The notes beneath the pieces are model-generated. The model was given only the letters and a program-made list of their open reading frames with translations. It was not told the origin of the DNA and searched no databases. A DNA stretch of 64,000 nt, from assembly GCA_951406725.2 (NCBI GenBank), contig OX597827.1, forward strand, positions 28,334,001 to 28,398,000, read 5' to 3'. A program made the position numbers and the translations under genes. Source of the DNA: Octopus vulgaris. Lineage: Eukaryota. Of this stretch, positions 1 through 13,965 are shown piece after piece (the first letter of the stretch is position 1; every line of letters begins with the position of its first letter).

Positions 1-1437
1 CCATGACTTTGCTGATGTGTGAGGTCAGAGAGATAGGCCTATAATTTTTAGCATCTGCTCTGCTACCTCCCTTATGGATAGGGCATATTACCCCCTCTTT
101 CAATTTGACTGGGAGCTTACCACTTGCAAGAAAGCTCTTAAAAAGAAGCTATAGCGGTTTTGCAAGGGCTCGTTTGCACGATTTGAGAAGGATCGCTGGG
201 AATCCATCAGGTCCAGCAGCTGAGTTTGTGTCAATCTCATCTATGGCTAGTGTGATATCATCATCTTCGATGTTGATGTACTCAATTTTTGCCACTTTGG
301 CCGCAGGTAAGGTGGCAAAGAATTCTTCTGGGTTGTTTACTTGCCTCTGTCCTAGAGGTGTAGTGAACACACTTTGGAATTGTTCGTTCAGTATTTCACT
401 TATCCTCGTGGGATTTCCTGTGAGAGAGCCATCTTTTTGGAAGAGAGGTCCTATTCTCTGGTGCACTGTGGCTGTCTCTTTGGCAAACTTAAAGAAAGCT
501 TCTTTATCTGCTCTCTCCTTTTCATGGGGCTGATGCAGACTTTTCTCAGTTTCCATTAGCATTCTCTCGAGCCGAGACTTCTCACCACTTTTGGTGTGCT
601 TGCTCAGGCCGTTCGCAATACTTGTCCGTCGTCTCATAAGAATCTTCCTTTCTCTAGGGATCCTGTTTTTGTTTTTGTGTGTGCTGGCACTGCACACTGG
701 GACATATTTGTCACATATGGCTTGTATTATGGACATGAAGTGTTTGTGTTTCATGTTTATGTCCGGTGTGGAGAGACATTTAGGCCAATCCTGTTTGAGG
801 ATCTCTTTCTCAATCAACTTCCAGTTTGCTTTATGAAAGTTTAAGTTGGAGAGATGGTGGATGTTTCGTATAGGCTGTGTGTCTACGGGGGCTTTTGTTC
901 CATACATAGACAGCTCTATTATGTTGTGATCCGAGATCATTGTCGGCATCACATTAACATTATGGATAATATCCATATTGTTTGTGAAGCAGAGATCCAG
1001 AATATTATCTGCCCTTGTTATTTGCAGAACTATTTGCTCCATGAAAGAGGCATTTGTGAGATGGAGCAGGGATTCTACCTGCGCCTGCTGATGGTGTATC
1101 ATCCCTGGGAGCATCTACCCCCCCCCCAGGCCATTCCTCATTGGGGAGGTTAAAGTCACCCATGAAGAATACACTGTTGTGTTGTTCAAGGTTGGTGAGG
1201 ATTTCTCCTATTTTTGTTAGGCAGTCTTCAAACATGCCTCAGTGATTTGGGGCATCTGGTGGGCGATATATAGTGCATATGACGATATTCAGTTGTCTTA
1301 TGTGTACAAGTTTGAATATGACAACAGGACCTGGGGCGTGAGGTCATCTCGGATGTACATTGCAACTCCACAATGGCTCCTCCCTTTTCTATCTGTGCGT
1401 ATGACTGCATATTGCGGCATATGTATTTCTGCATCAC
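1..1437 (-). mobile_element. CR1-group LINE fragment (APE endonuclease, linker and start of RT), degenerate, runs off the window edge
   Basis: ORFs 149-1114 and 1005-1235 carry MGDFNLP, NILDLCFTNN, SDHNIIE and SAAGPDGFP motifs. Clearly homologous to the copy at 42250-44982. Several frameshifts. Confidence 0.9.
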
Positions 1438-1684
1438 CTATATATATATATAATCAAAATAAGCAACAAGCATATCCAGAGGTAATGCAGTACGATCGTT
1501 TCATGCGACTTCATTTAATTGAACAATGCAATCATTTCGTTACATCAATTTAAAATGTAGAGCAAACTTCAGCTGCACAAAGGCATAGAATTTAATTAAA
1601 TTAGGACACATTAGTATAATCGTACCTAAAATCTCCAAGAAGATAAGATAGACAAAGAACATATTTTACCAACAACATCATAGT

Positions 1685-1721
<37 letters not shown>

Positions 1722-1727
<6 letters not shown>

Positions 1728-2422
1728 GAAATATTAAAATAACTAAGTCTCTCTAAAAGAGAACAGCGGCAGCGTTCCCGGAAAATAATAGTTATCGCCA
1801 TACTAATATGGCATTCTTATAAAAATAAGAAAAAAGGCTGTCCGCTTATTAGCTCCATGAGGCCATCGCCTTAAGTTAGCTATTTGATACACAAACTATA
1901 TCCATATAACCTTCGAACAAGGGAGGTCAGTCGCTCCACACTACTTGACCGGCAGCTACAGACGCGTTTCGGGGTATTGCCTCATGGAGCTAATAAGCGG
2001 ACAGCTTTTTTTCTTATTTTTATAAGAATGCCATATTAGTATGGCGATAACTATTATTTTCCGGGAACGCTGCCGCTGTTCTCTTTTAGAGAGACTTAGT
2101 TATTTTAATATTTCTATTATTGAAAACAAGTGGATGTATTCCACCGAAACTAGGTAAATAAAACCATCGAACAGAGATTGTCGGAAGCGACACCTACTGG
2201 CTGGCTACGCTGCATTGAAAAGGGGCAATACCCCGAAACGCGTCTGTAGCTGCCGGTCAAGTAGTGTGGAGCGACTGACCTCCCTTGTTCGAAGGTTATA
2301 TGGATACAGTTTGTGTATCAAATAGCTAACTTAAGGCGATGGCCTCATGGAGCTAATAAGCGGACAGCTTTTTTCTTATTTTTATAAGAATGCCATATTA
2401 GTATGGCGATAACTATTATTTT
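1722..2422. mobile_element. Non-autonomous PLE/retrozyme-like insertion: inverted 5' segment plus ~1.2 tandem units of a 363-nt monomer, between (TA)n tracts
   Basis: 1722-1981 is the reverse complement of sequence within 1981-2422. CTCATGGAGCTAATAAG occurs at 1981 and again at 2344. Contains a hammerhead motif and has (TA)n on both sides. Confidence 0.8.
2209..2250 (+). ncRNA. Minimal type I hammerhead ribozyme (U3-A8 core variant)
   Basis: GCTGCA-TTGAAAA-GGGG caata CCCC-GAAA-CGCG-TC-TGTAGC. Stem I has 6 bp, stem II has 4 bp, stem III is the palindrome ACGCGT, and the cleavage triplet is GUC. Confidence 0.8.
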
Positions 2423-2452
2423 TATATATATATATATACAGATATATATATA

Positions 2453-2600
2453 AGACGGGTTTCTTTCAGTTTTCATCAACCGAATCTACTCACAAAGCGT
2501 TGGTCGGCCCGAGGTTATAGTAGAAGACTTTTCCCAAAGTGACACGCAGTGGTACTGAACCCGGACCCACGTGGTTAGTAAGCAAGCAACAGACCACATC
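2453..2600 (-). mobile_element. tRNA-derived SINE family A, 5' part, diverged
   Basis: The reverse complement matches the SINE-A head and body seen at 49551 and 58326. Confidence 0.8.
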
Positions 2601-2671
2601 ATGCTAATACACCATATAACACAACACATATATAATATGCATATGATACCAATAAGCTCTTCTATTCATCT

Positions 2672-2968
<297 letters not shown>

Positions 2969-3274
2969 TAAATCGTAATGTTATTATCAGTCCGAATAGA
3001 CTTGAGGCATGTTCGAACCGGTGAACAAGCTACTCGTGAAGTTTTGTCGCGGAAAATATATCGCCTTTGTTGACAAATGGTGTGTATACACCTAGATCAG
3101 CTCACAGCGCCATCTGCCCGGTCCACGAGAGGCAAGCATTTCGGAGTAGTTATCTTCTCTTCAGTCACAGACACCAGAGCGCTCACCCTCTGTAATCTAC
3201 CTGTAAATATATGTGTGTGTGTGTGTGTACGTGTGTGTGAGTGCATGTACATATATATATATATGTATATGTAC

Positions 3275-3319
<45 letters not shown>

Positions 3320-3465
3320 TTCATATGTGAAACGGTAAAAATTAACGAGATTATTCGTATCCATCTCTTTCGGCTCTGGATACCTGATTCTTCTCAACTG
3401 GCTTTTTTTCACCAACTTTTGCCGTTTTTCTTGTATATCACCTAATCGTCTTCAGGATCAGCCTG

Positions 3466-4026
3466 GTGATGATGAAGATGATGATGTCGATGATGATGGT
3501 GATGATGATGTCGATGATGATGATGATGTCGATGATAATGATGATGATGATGAGGATGATGTTAACGATGATGATGACTATGAACGATGATGATGATGAT
3601 GTTGATGATGAAGGATGACGATGAGGATGATGAAGGATGATGACGATGATGATGATGGCGATGATGATGAACGACGTTGATGATAATGATGATGATTATT
3701 ATTATTTTGATGATGATGATGATGAATATGATGTTGATGATGATGATGATGAATATGATGTTGATAATGATGTTGATGATGATGAACGCTGATGATGATG
3801 ATGATGATGATGACGACGATGGTGGTGATGATGATGATGACAACGATGGTGATGATGATGATGATGATGATGATGATGTTGATGATGAAGGATGACGACG
3901 AGGATGATGAATGACGTTGATGATAATGATGATGATTATTATTATTTTGATGATGATGATGATGATGATGAATATGATGATGATGATGATGATGAACGCT
4001 GATGATGATGATGATGACGACGATGG

Positions 4027-4080
<54 letters not shown>

Positions 4081-4372
4081 CAATGACGATGATCATGATG
4101 AGGATGTCGATGATAATGATCACTAACACCATCACTTTCATGGTCACCATCATCATCATCAACAATATTCACATCAACTTCACCTCAGCAACCACCACCA
4201 CCACCACCACCACCACCACCACCACCACCGTCGTAATACTTCTCATCGTCACCACCAGCGCAATGCACGGTGACGACGACGACGACGAAGACGACCATCA
4301 CCATCACCATCATCATCATCATCATCCTCATTATCATCATCATCATCATCATCACCAATATCATCATCATTG
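3466..4372. repeat. Compound (GAT)n / (CAC)n / (CAT)n microsatellite with an internal block duplication
   Basis: Trinucleotide arrays. The block GATTATTATTATTTTGATG recurs near 3692 and 3933. Confidence 0.95.
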
Positions 4373-5904
4373 TTTTAGAATGCTTTTTCTTTCGTTTTGA
4401 TTTCAAATCGAAATTACTTTGCATGAACACTGCGTAAATGTGTGTGTGTGTGTGTGTGTGTTTGTTTGTGTGTGTGTTTGTGTGTGTGCGTTTGTGTGTG
4501 AGTGTGTGAATGCATTTTGTATGTGTGAATACATACAATCCTACACACACTCTCTCTCACTCTCTCTGTTTCACTCTATCTCACTCACTCACTCTCTCTC
4601 ACTCACTCACTCTCCCCTATTTCCTCCTATCTCTCTCTCCACCTCTCTCTCTCTCTCTCTCCACCTCTCTCTCTAGCTAGATATCTGTTCAAATGTTACT
4701 TACTAATCCCCCGTTTAGCTGCTTGGAAAATATAGATTGCTTCCTCGTATTACAAAAGAAAAGCACTCTCATTGATTGATACCAGTTCATCAGGCACCAA
4801 AATTGAGCATTTTAATATTGAAATGGACAAAGAAACAAAGAAAAAAACACAGAAAACTCTAAAAAGTGACGAGCATGTCATTAAAGAGACTATTGTTGGC
4901 CAGAATGCACATGCGCAGGAACGCCATTCACGAAGTCACCTACAAGAACATACTCTCTCACACACGCACACACACATACATACTTATCACTCACACACAA
5001 GCGATGGCAGAGGCACGTGCGCACACATACACACTCTCACACTCTCTCCCTTTCTTCGTCCATCGCCATTTCAAGTACATGACCAGACGACTGCTAGAAG
5101 AAAGACACATTTCTTATGGCTAGAGGAAAGACACATTTGAAGCAGATTTGGAGGAGAAAGTGAGGTGGCGACAAAAGAACTTTGACAAGCAACTCGTCGA
5201 TTATTTAACCGATTGATTAAACAAGCGATCAATTTGTTTCCTGCTTAAAAAAAACAAAAAAACTAACTAATAATTAAGAAGTGAAATTGAACCGGTGCGT
5301 GTGTTTATCATTGGCGTAATGACCCACTCTAGCAACAAAAATATTTGTAAATATTTTAGATTTAACACTCTACGTTCTATGTTAAAATTCCTCGTGACGT
5401 TTTTTCCATTATTCTTGGAGTCAACGCTACATTCGGCTAAAACCTTGGCAAGAGTATTTATGGCGTTGACATGCATAATAAAATCATTGATTTACCGCTG
5501 ATTAGTCCGGTCTGTGACAATGTATCGATTCCCGATTAAAAGCACTTCACTTAATTCATCTTTCTAATATTCTTTCAATACCAAGGAGTGAAATCTTCTT
5601 TCTTTCAGCTTCTTATAACTATCTCTAACTTAGCATCAGTTGACTGTGAAATAGATTTTCTGCGATATGTCTTTAGAAAATCGGGGTGATAGTCTGTCGG
5701 TGTGCAACTGTGTACATTTGTGTGTGTGCATATACTTGTATGTATGTATGTATGTATGTATGTATGTATGTATGTATGTATGTATGTATGTATGCATACA
5801 TACATACATACATACATGATAAAAAAACGCATGTGAGTAGAGGGTACAACCGGACGGGAGACAGATACAGAGAGTCTATCTATCTGTCTGTCTGTCTATC
5901 CCTA

Positions 5905-5985
<81 letters not shown>

Positions 5986-6277
5986 GTGGACGTGCTGTCA
6001 CTTCGGCTCCGAAGGTAATCGCTTATTTTGACTATTTATAGCCCATATTTTGTGTACATTTTTGCAAATAAGGTGTGTAAGGCACCCAACTTTCGTTTGA
6101 GTGCTTTTCCAAGGGAGCAATTCGCCCCTAGGGGCAGTTTAAACCCCATTTCATTTCTGTAATTTTCTTCTCGACATTAGAAAATGTCGAGAAATTTTAT
6201 TGTAGAACGCTGGTCGGGTTCCTTTATGGACCAGCATTTTCCTAGTTTGGAAACGCTGGGAGAAGAAAAGTGCAAAC

Positions 6278-8030
6278 ATGAATATCGTTGGAATGAACGC
6301 TGCAACCACGTGCGGTAACAGCCCTGTCACCACCGCCACCACCACCACTAACAACAGCAACCACGAGACTACTACTGCTACCACCACCACCTCCACCACC
6401 ACCACCACCACAACGACCAACATAAATGATAAAAATGAAACTCACGCGAATACTATTAGGAAAAACAACAACAACAACAACAACAATAAAAATGAACTAT
6501 CTAATAGTGAAGATGTTAATACAAAAAAATCAACAACACCAGTAAATTTCGCTGACACTCTGCGTCAGAAGAAAGAGATTGTAACATTTACAAATGAAGA
6601 GCTCATAGAAACGAGAGCTCTCTTTACAACCCGTGGGCAAGATTTAGTGCTACATACACCTCAACACATAAAGCAAGAAATAGAAAATAAGACAATTATA
6701 TATAAAATTATAAGAAAAACAAAAAACTAAATGAACAGATTACAAAAACAGATGTAGAAAAATGCTAAAAAACATAATGAAAGAAAAAGAATATATAAAC
6801 TGGGGTCCCCAGTTTAACACAGTAGTGGTCCGCTTCCCTAACCAGGAAGTGGCAAAAGCTCACTCTACTGAGTCTCTGGGAAATGATGAAATCATCATGG
6901 TCCCATACTATAAAAACCAGAGAGTGAGTCGAATCACTATTAAAAATGTACCTCCCGAGATTCCTAACAAACAGGGGCAATCTGTTACCATTTAAAAAAT
7001 ATCAACATTTTGGAAACCGCCGTGTACCTTGGCGACATTTGGGGTGGGAAGACAATAGTGGTGACCATACAGATTGATGGGGCCTCTATCGAGAGCCTAC
7101 CGGATAAGATCCACTTGGAAAATGGGCAATGCCTATATGTTGTAGCAGAAGGCAAAAAGCCTAGATGCTACAACTGTAGCAGCCCCGAACATTTAATTGC
7201 CAAGTGCGCTCTGGTACAGAAAAAACAAGAAAGAACAAATCAGAAAACAAATAAAAAAAAACCCTTGTTGCCAACACCAACACCAACACACTCAATTACT
7301 GAACAATGCCAAGAAAAACAACAAACCAGCAAACAAACCCCAACAACATCACCAAGAAAAGAATCAGTACCAACACAATCACCGTTGAAGTCACAACCAA
7401 TTCAACATGTCGAATCAAGAAAAAATAGACCAACACCCACACTGAGGACGACAATTAAAAAGACAGAAAACAGTGACGAGAAGACAAATTCTACCCCTAA
7501 CACCACAACAACACAAACACCGCACAAAACATCAACAATTTCTACAAGCATACATAGTAATGCAAATGCTTTGCCTCTACCCCATACTGATACGTCGGAC
7601 GACGAAAGTTCGACGGAATGGCAAATAGCCACAGGGGGTAAAAGGAAAAGATCCCAAAAATCAAGGAAGTAAAGCAGGGAGATATCTAACTCCGAACAAC
7701 ATCCCCCTAGACAATCAAAAAAGCAATGAAACCGTAAAACCACACACACAACTAACTGCAATAGACACAGACAATAAATAATTAATAGACTACATCACAT
7801 CCAGCACGGTCATCTGTGAAGATGACTTTAAGACAAACAATCATCCGCACACCACACCACCGAAACACATCAGAATTTTCCACATAACACAAGCACAACA
7901 CCACATACTGAAAACAATATTTCCGAATGCGGTAGGCGGGTTTCAACGATACCTGTCGAAAAAACTATACAAACACCTCATCAAAAATAATACAAAAGAA
8001 GAAGAAAAAAATGAAACTTTTAAAATGAGT
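6278..8030 (+). pseudogene. Tx1 ORF1 (gag-like, CCHC zinc knuckle), disrupted by several stops and frameshifts
   Basis: ORF pieces 6278-6730, 6762-6995 and 7010-7672. Knuckle CYNCSSPEHLIAKC followed by a basic, low-complexity tail. The end coordinate is approximate. Confidence 0.8.
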
Positions 8031-8093
8031 AAGTGACCTCCCCTCTTGCCTCTTGTCTCTTCTAATGTAGTGTGTAAAACACAATTTTCGTAA

Positions 8094-11000
8094 ATGTCAA
8101 GTATGCTTAACTTAGGTTGTGTGAATGCGCGTGGCTTGACGTCGGCTTGGAAGCAAGGTTACCTTCTAAACGACATCAAGTCACTGAATGTGGATATAGT
8201 AGCTATCAGTGAAACCAGACTCAGTAAGTCGCGGGCCCTCGAGTCCATGTTTGGCAATCAATTTGACATTTATTTTTCTCCCTGTCTGCCGAACATGGGT
8301 GGTGGAGGTACCGCGGTGCTTTTTCGAAAGAGTCTAAATGTAAAAATAAGAGCAATATTCCTAGACCCGGAGGGTAGGCTGGTTGTCTTGGACGTGGATG
8401 GCAGAAATGGGTGGGCATTCCGTCTGATGGCAGTTTATGCACCGTCTTTAACGGGTCGGGCGGATTTCTTCAGACGTCTAGAGGTTTTCCTGGGTACGTC
8501 TAGACCTTTACTGTTAGTAGGGGATTGGAACGCTACCTTGGACACGCATCTAGATTATGTGGGAAGGGATAGGAATAGAAGGGGGTGTAAGAGCCTCAAA
8601 GACCTGCTCAGACGTTTCCATTTGTCTGACAGGTTCCGACTCGACCATCCGAACGTGCCGACGTGGACTTGGACAAACCGCGTCGGATCGTCGAGATCTT
8701 ATCTAGATAGAATTCTATGCAGGACAGCGGATAGGGATAGTGTAGGATGTCCACAATTTAAAATAGTCAGCTACACAGATCACAAATTTGTGACGTGTAC
8801 GCTCGACTTAAATAAAACACATAGGCAGGGTCCCGGTTACTGGAAACTGAACACGTCGCTGTTAGCGCGACAGGTTTACAGGAACCGGATTAGCGAGTTA
8901 ATTAAGAGGGCGCTGACGGGAGCCGTCGTTAACAACCGCTGGTAGTACGCCCTGAAAATGGCAATAAAATCGGAATCAATTAGGTTTAGCAAGGAATTAG
9001 CGATAGAACGAAATAGAGTAGAGGGAGACTTGGTTAAGAAACTAGAAGAGGCACTTACCACTGGCAGCGCAACCGACGTGCTGGCTGCGAGGATGGCCCT
9101 CGACCAACACCTCAACGCCAAGCACGAAGGTTGCGTCGTCAGAGCTAAAATGCGTGCCTTAAGGAAGGGATCGAAGCTGCGCGAGAGGCCCGGGTAGAGG
9201 AGGCGCAGCGTGGCAACAGAGCTACCATTCGGTCTCTAATAGATCAACAGGGATGCAGTTTACTCGAACCCGAAAGGATGTGTGAGGCCTTTCAACAGCA
9301 TTTTGCTCGACTGTTTGGTGCGAATGGTGGGTCGGAACGCGGGATCGATTTCAGTGCCTACCTGACCGACCTGCCGCGGCTCTCGGCAAGAGAAGCGGAG
9401 TGTTGTGAAAGTCCCATCACAGCCGCTGACGTGTGGGATGCGATGGCGGGCTGCGCAAGGGATAAGTCGCCTGGATTGGATGGTTTACCCTACGAGCTGT
9501 ATTGTCAAATGCCAGACTTGTTTGGCGACCTCTTGGTATCAGTCTACTGCAACTGGCAACAAAACGGGAGAATCCCCGGTTTCGTGAGCCGAGGTGCAGT
9601 GACGTTGCTGAAGAAAGACCCAAACAAGGGGAATTTTATAGATAATTTCAGGCCCATCACTCTGCTCAACGCAGATTTGAAAATTTTGGCCAAAGTAATA
9701 GCCGAGAGGTTGGCGCTTGTCATTGGTAAACTGGTCGACAGGGCGCAAACATGCGCTGTGCCGGGCAGAACCATACAGGACATCCTCCATCTGATGCGCT
9801 ACATTGTGGACAGGGTAGTTAAGGATCCTGGCATGAGTGGGGCGCTGATAAATTTGGATCAGTCTAAAGCCTTCGATAGGGTCGACCATCGGTACTTGGC
9901 GGCCGTCCTCAGGGCGGCTGGCTTCGGTCCCCTCTTCCGCGGTTGGATCGCTGCCTTGTATAGCGGCATCCGATCGGTGATTCGGGTGAACGGTGACCTG
10001 TCGAAACCGTTTGACATCACGCGTTCGGTCAGTCAGGGGTGTCCCCTGTCGGCGCTTCTGTATGTATTGACTCTCGAGCCGCTACTGCGGAAGCTGGCGA
10101 CACTGAGGGGCATCCCACGGGAACTGGGTTGCGGGACGAGCGTGTCGGCATATGCGGACGATGTCACCGTCATAGTGTCGAGCGACAAACACATCAAGAT
10201 GATTGGCGAGACACTAAGAAAATACGAAACGGTGACGGGAGCAAAAATTAACCCGGAAAAGTCAGTGGGTTTGCTACTAGGTACCTGGAGAAGCAAGCCC
10301 ATGCCGTCCGACTGCGGCTCAGTAGTGGGACGCTGGACGGACGGATCGGTTAAATTGCTCGGGGTCTGGTTCAGTCCGGACCTCCAAATGGATAAGAACT
10401 GGGACGAGATCACGAGTAGAGTGGTCGCTCTCAGCCAAACATGGGCCGAGAGAAAGCTGTCTCTAAAAGGCCGGGCGGAGGTGGCGAACGCGTACATCGC
10501 ATCCGTCATCGATTACCGCCTGACCGTCGTACCTTGTCCCGACACCACCATCACCAAACTGGAACGCATACTCTTCCGCTTCCTGTGGAAGGGTGGCGTT
10601 CCGATGGTGAGGAAGTCCATTTGCTGTCAACATCCGTTGAATGGAGGACTGGGCATGCCGTGGTTGATGATGCGCAGGCATGCGCTGAGACTGCGACATC
10701 TCTGGAACTTCATCGACGACGGTGAACAGGTGTGGGCGCCGTTTGTGAGGCGCGACTTCCCGCAGCTCGTCTCACTGACCGAACTGCAAACATGGATCAA
10801 AAAGAGACCGAAACTGGGCGATTGGCACCGAGAGTGTTGCCAAGCTCTACAGCAGCTCTGCCGACCGGGGTCAAACTTGTGCAACTTACAAACGACTAAA
10901 GCGTTCTATAGAGGACTAGTGGAGGGGAGGTCCGACGACACACTCGGGGCAAACCTTGGCGTCGACGAGAAATTCCTAACCCGCCTGTTCAGGACGACGT

Positions 11001-11539
11001 TCGGGCCGGGGCCTGTGGATAACTTCCAGAAATCCCTGGCTTGGCAGTGCTATCGAGACGCACTACCTGTTCGAGAGAAGAGCTACAGACACGGTTCGAA
11101 AACCATCACCGGACCGACCTGCCCGAGATGCGGTCAGAGCGACGAAACCGTTCTGCACGCACTCGTGCAGTGTCCAGATATTTCAGAGCTGTGGTCCTTC
11201 GTCGAACAGCAGTTGTCACGTGTAGGTCGGACTCGCCTATCGGCCGAGTCTATCGTGAATATTGTTCCACCACCTTCCTTTAAACGGGAAGGGAAAACGG
11301 TTTTCGTTACGCTGATGGCTATGGCGAAAGAATGTGTGTGGTGGACGCGTTTGAAAGGACTGCAAACAAACACCTTCCTCTCTGGTCAGTCTTTCGTCAA
11401 CTTTTTCAAGTACCACTTGAAAAGGAGGATGAGAATAGAGAGGAAGGCTTTGTCGAACGAATGTTTTAATAAAAAGTGGGTAAAAGTGGCAAAAATGGTC
11501 AGTATGAAAGACGACACTATTTTAAGCATAATTCTGTAA
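8094..11539 (+). pseudogene. Tx1 ORF2 (APE endonuclease, reverse transcriptase, C-terminal CCHC), with one nonsense codon (TAG 8943) and one frameshift (~9165)
   Basis: Motifs NARGL, ISETR, VGDWN, SYLDR, TDHK, YWKLN, KSPGLDG, FRPITLLN, DQSKAFDRV, QGCPLS, YADD and CPRC-x8-H-x4-C. Confidence 0.93.
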
Positions 11540-11656
11540 CCAAAAGAGACAACGAGAAGTAAGGCAACTTACTCATGTGTTCTTTTTCGAATTGTCTGAG
11601 GTGACCTTGGTCTTTTTTGTAGGTTTTTCTTTCCAAGGCTACACCTAAACCTGTGA

Positions 11657-11687
<31 letters not shown>

Positions 11688-11818
11688 TGCTTTTTTATAC
11701 ACCACACAACCCACAGATTCCTATTGATCAAACGTTTTTTTTTTGTGCCCCACCCATCCCACATTGTATTTCGTCCATTTTTATTATGTGTTTAGCCCTG
11801 TGTGGCTACAATAAAAAG

Positions 11819-11820
<2 letters not shown>

Positions 11821-11887
<67 letters not shown>

Positions 11888-11906
11888 AATCTATCTATCT
11901 ATCTGC

Positions 11907-11976
<70 letters not shown>

Positions 11977-12017
11977 GTCTGTCTGTCTGTCTGTCTGACT
12001 GCCTGTCTGACTGACTG

Positions 12018-12090
<73 letters not shown>

Positions 12091-12093
12091 ATA

Positions 12094-12142
<49 letters not shown>
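11821..12142. repeat. (TATC)n followed by (TA)n microsatellite
   Basis: Direct arrays. Confidence 0.95.
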
Positions 12143-12145
<3 letters not shown>

Positions 12146-12235
12146 ACTTATAAACAATTTCGATTATAAGTTGTTTATGAAATCTAACCTTTAAAGGTAT
12201 TTTTTAATATGCTGGCCATTGATAAAATTTTTATC

Positions 12236-12299
<64 letters not shown>

Positions 12300-12308
12300 T
12301 CTTATTTC

Positions 12309-12353
12309 GGCCAGAGTTCTTTCGTCACACTCCTGTGACCGCATCAGTGGTCC
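12309..12353 (-). ncRNA. Degenerate minimal hammerhead motif
   Basis: Minus strand reads GGACCA-CTGATGC-G-GTCACA ggag TGTGAC-GAAA-GAAC-TC-TGGCC. Core has an A9C change. Lies next to (TA)n. Confidence 0.55.
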
Positions 12354-12839
12354 TCTGTTTTCTTCTTTCTTATTTGTGTCTCTCCATCCATCAATCTATC
12401 TATATGTGCGTGTATATAAATGTAAGTGTACACATATACGTTTATGTATGTATGTATCTATCAATCTATATATATATATATGTGTGTGTGTGAGTGTCTG
12501 TGTATGTATATATATGAATATACTTATGTATAAAGATGTATTTATATATAAACATACATACATACATACGAACACAAACTCACACACACACACCCACACA
12601 CACACACAACACACACATGCAAGGCATTGGTCACAGCAAGACGCTATGAGTGGATAAAATTCAAGCAGAACTGAAGAAGATGAAGAAGACGCACTTATTA
12701 AATGGCTCCCTCGTTTAATGCCGTGATTACAGGAGGCTGGTGACGTCACACGTCAATAAGAAGAAGCTAGCATCGCCCCTGTATCTAAGACGGTTGAAAA
12801 GAAGGAATGAATGAATGAAAGAAGGAAGGAAGGAAGGAA

Positions 12840-12877
<38 letters not shown>

Positions 12878-13019
12878 GAGGAAGAAAAGAAAGAAGGAAG
12901 GAAGGAAGGAAGGAAGGAAGGAAGGAATTCCCCTCTTGCTATATCGTACTGAGAATTGTACTGATGAAGAGGCTGAATTAAGGAAATTGAAAAAGAGGTC
13001 ACGGCTGTAAATCAGCATG

Positions 13020-13410
13020 GCTTCAGAAGAAAAAACAATGTTGGTATGATTTGCTCCTTCCTACAGATTCAGAAAAAGATATTTACGGGTCCTTCGCTGG
13101 TTACGATGACGAATGTTGCAGTCAATCCAATCAGCGGAATAGCCTGCCCATCATGAAATTAAAGTGCAAACGGCCGAGTACTGCACAGACACATGAACCC
13201 TTAACGTAGAATTCGGAGAAATTCGGTGTGACACAGAATGTGACAAGTGTGGACCCATTATAATTACTGGTGCAACTCATTTTGCCAGCTGAGAGGACTA
13301 AAAAGAAGTGAAATAGTGTCCTGCTCAAGGATACAACACGTCGCCAGGAATCGAACTCACGACCTTACGATTATGAGCGGAATACCCCTATCACTAAGCC
13401 ACGAGCCTTC
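13020..13410 (-). mobile_element. tRNA-derived SINE family C
   Basis: Minus strand has an A box (TGGCTTAGTGA) and a B box (GAGTTCGATTCC) followed by TCCTTGAGCAGGACACT. The 3' boundary is approximate. Confidence 0.7.
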
Positions 13411-13930
13411 TCAGAAAAAATATATGGAGGAGGAAAAGATCACAGCTTATCGCTGCGAGGTATATTATGCCGTGCCCTTGTGCGGGCAACGTCGGTTTGA
13501 TTGTGCGAGTGTGCTAATAATATACAGCACAAATATTTGATCACAAAATTATTTGTGCAAGTTTGTTTGGAAAGAAATTGGAGAACCTTCTTTCTCGTAC
13601 TGCGAGAGACTATTATTACTTCACACAAGTTGATGAATGAATTGTTGTTTGATAAGGACTACATCACTTATCTCCCTTGTCTTGTAATGACATGTAGAAC
13701 TTGGTCCGTGTTTTTGCTGTGATGACTACAAAGATCGGTTTGAAAATAAACTAAAACTGAAGTTCATTTATGTGTGAAATCCCGATAAATGTCCGGGCCA
13801 TCCTAATAAAAAATGTACTTTCTGGTGGATATGTACGTAAAATGCTATTTGATTTCGGAAAATCATATCAGAATTTTGAAGAGTCGGCAGCAACAAATAT
13901 GTATAGCTGCTTAGCTTATTCATTAGTAGT

Positions 13931-13965
<35 letters not shown>

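Larger units (their letters stand above)
5986..11820 (+). mobile_element. Near full-length Tx1-clade (L1-group) LINE inserted in a (TATC)n array
   Basis: 5' UTR, ORF1 with a zinc knuckle, ORF2 with APE, RT and CCHC domains, and a 3' end ...TGTGGCTACAATAAAAAGTT. (TATC)n abuts both ends. Confidence 0.93.

Noticed and set aside
3097-3202. Possible minus-strand exon (TTTACAG|G ... |GTGAGC)
   Set aside because: The splice signals are weak and the peptide is unrecognisable.
3330-3465. CTGAAGA and GAAA on the minus strand
   Set aside because: No pairing stems could be built, so it is not called a ribozyme.
12143-12174. 11-bp hairpin ACAACTTATAA/TTATAAGTTGT between (TA)n tracts
   Set aside because: Too short and AT-rich to interpret.
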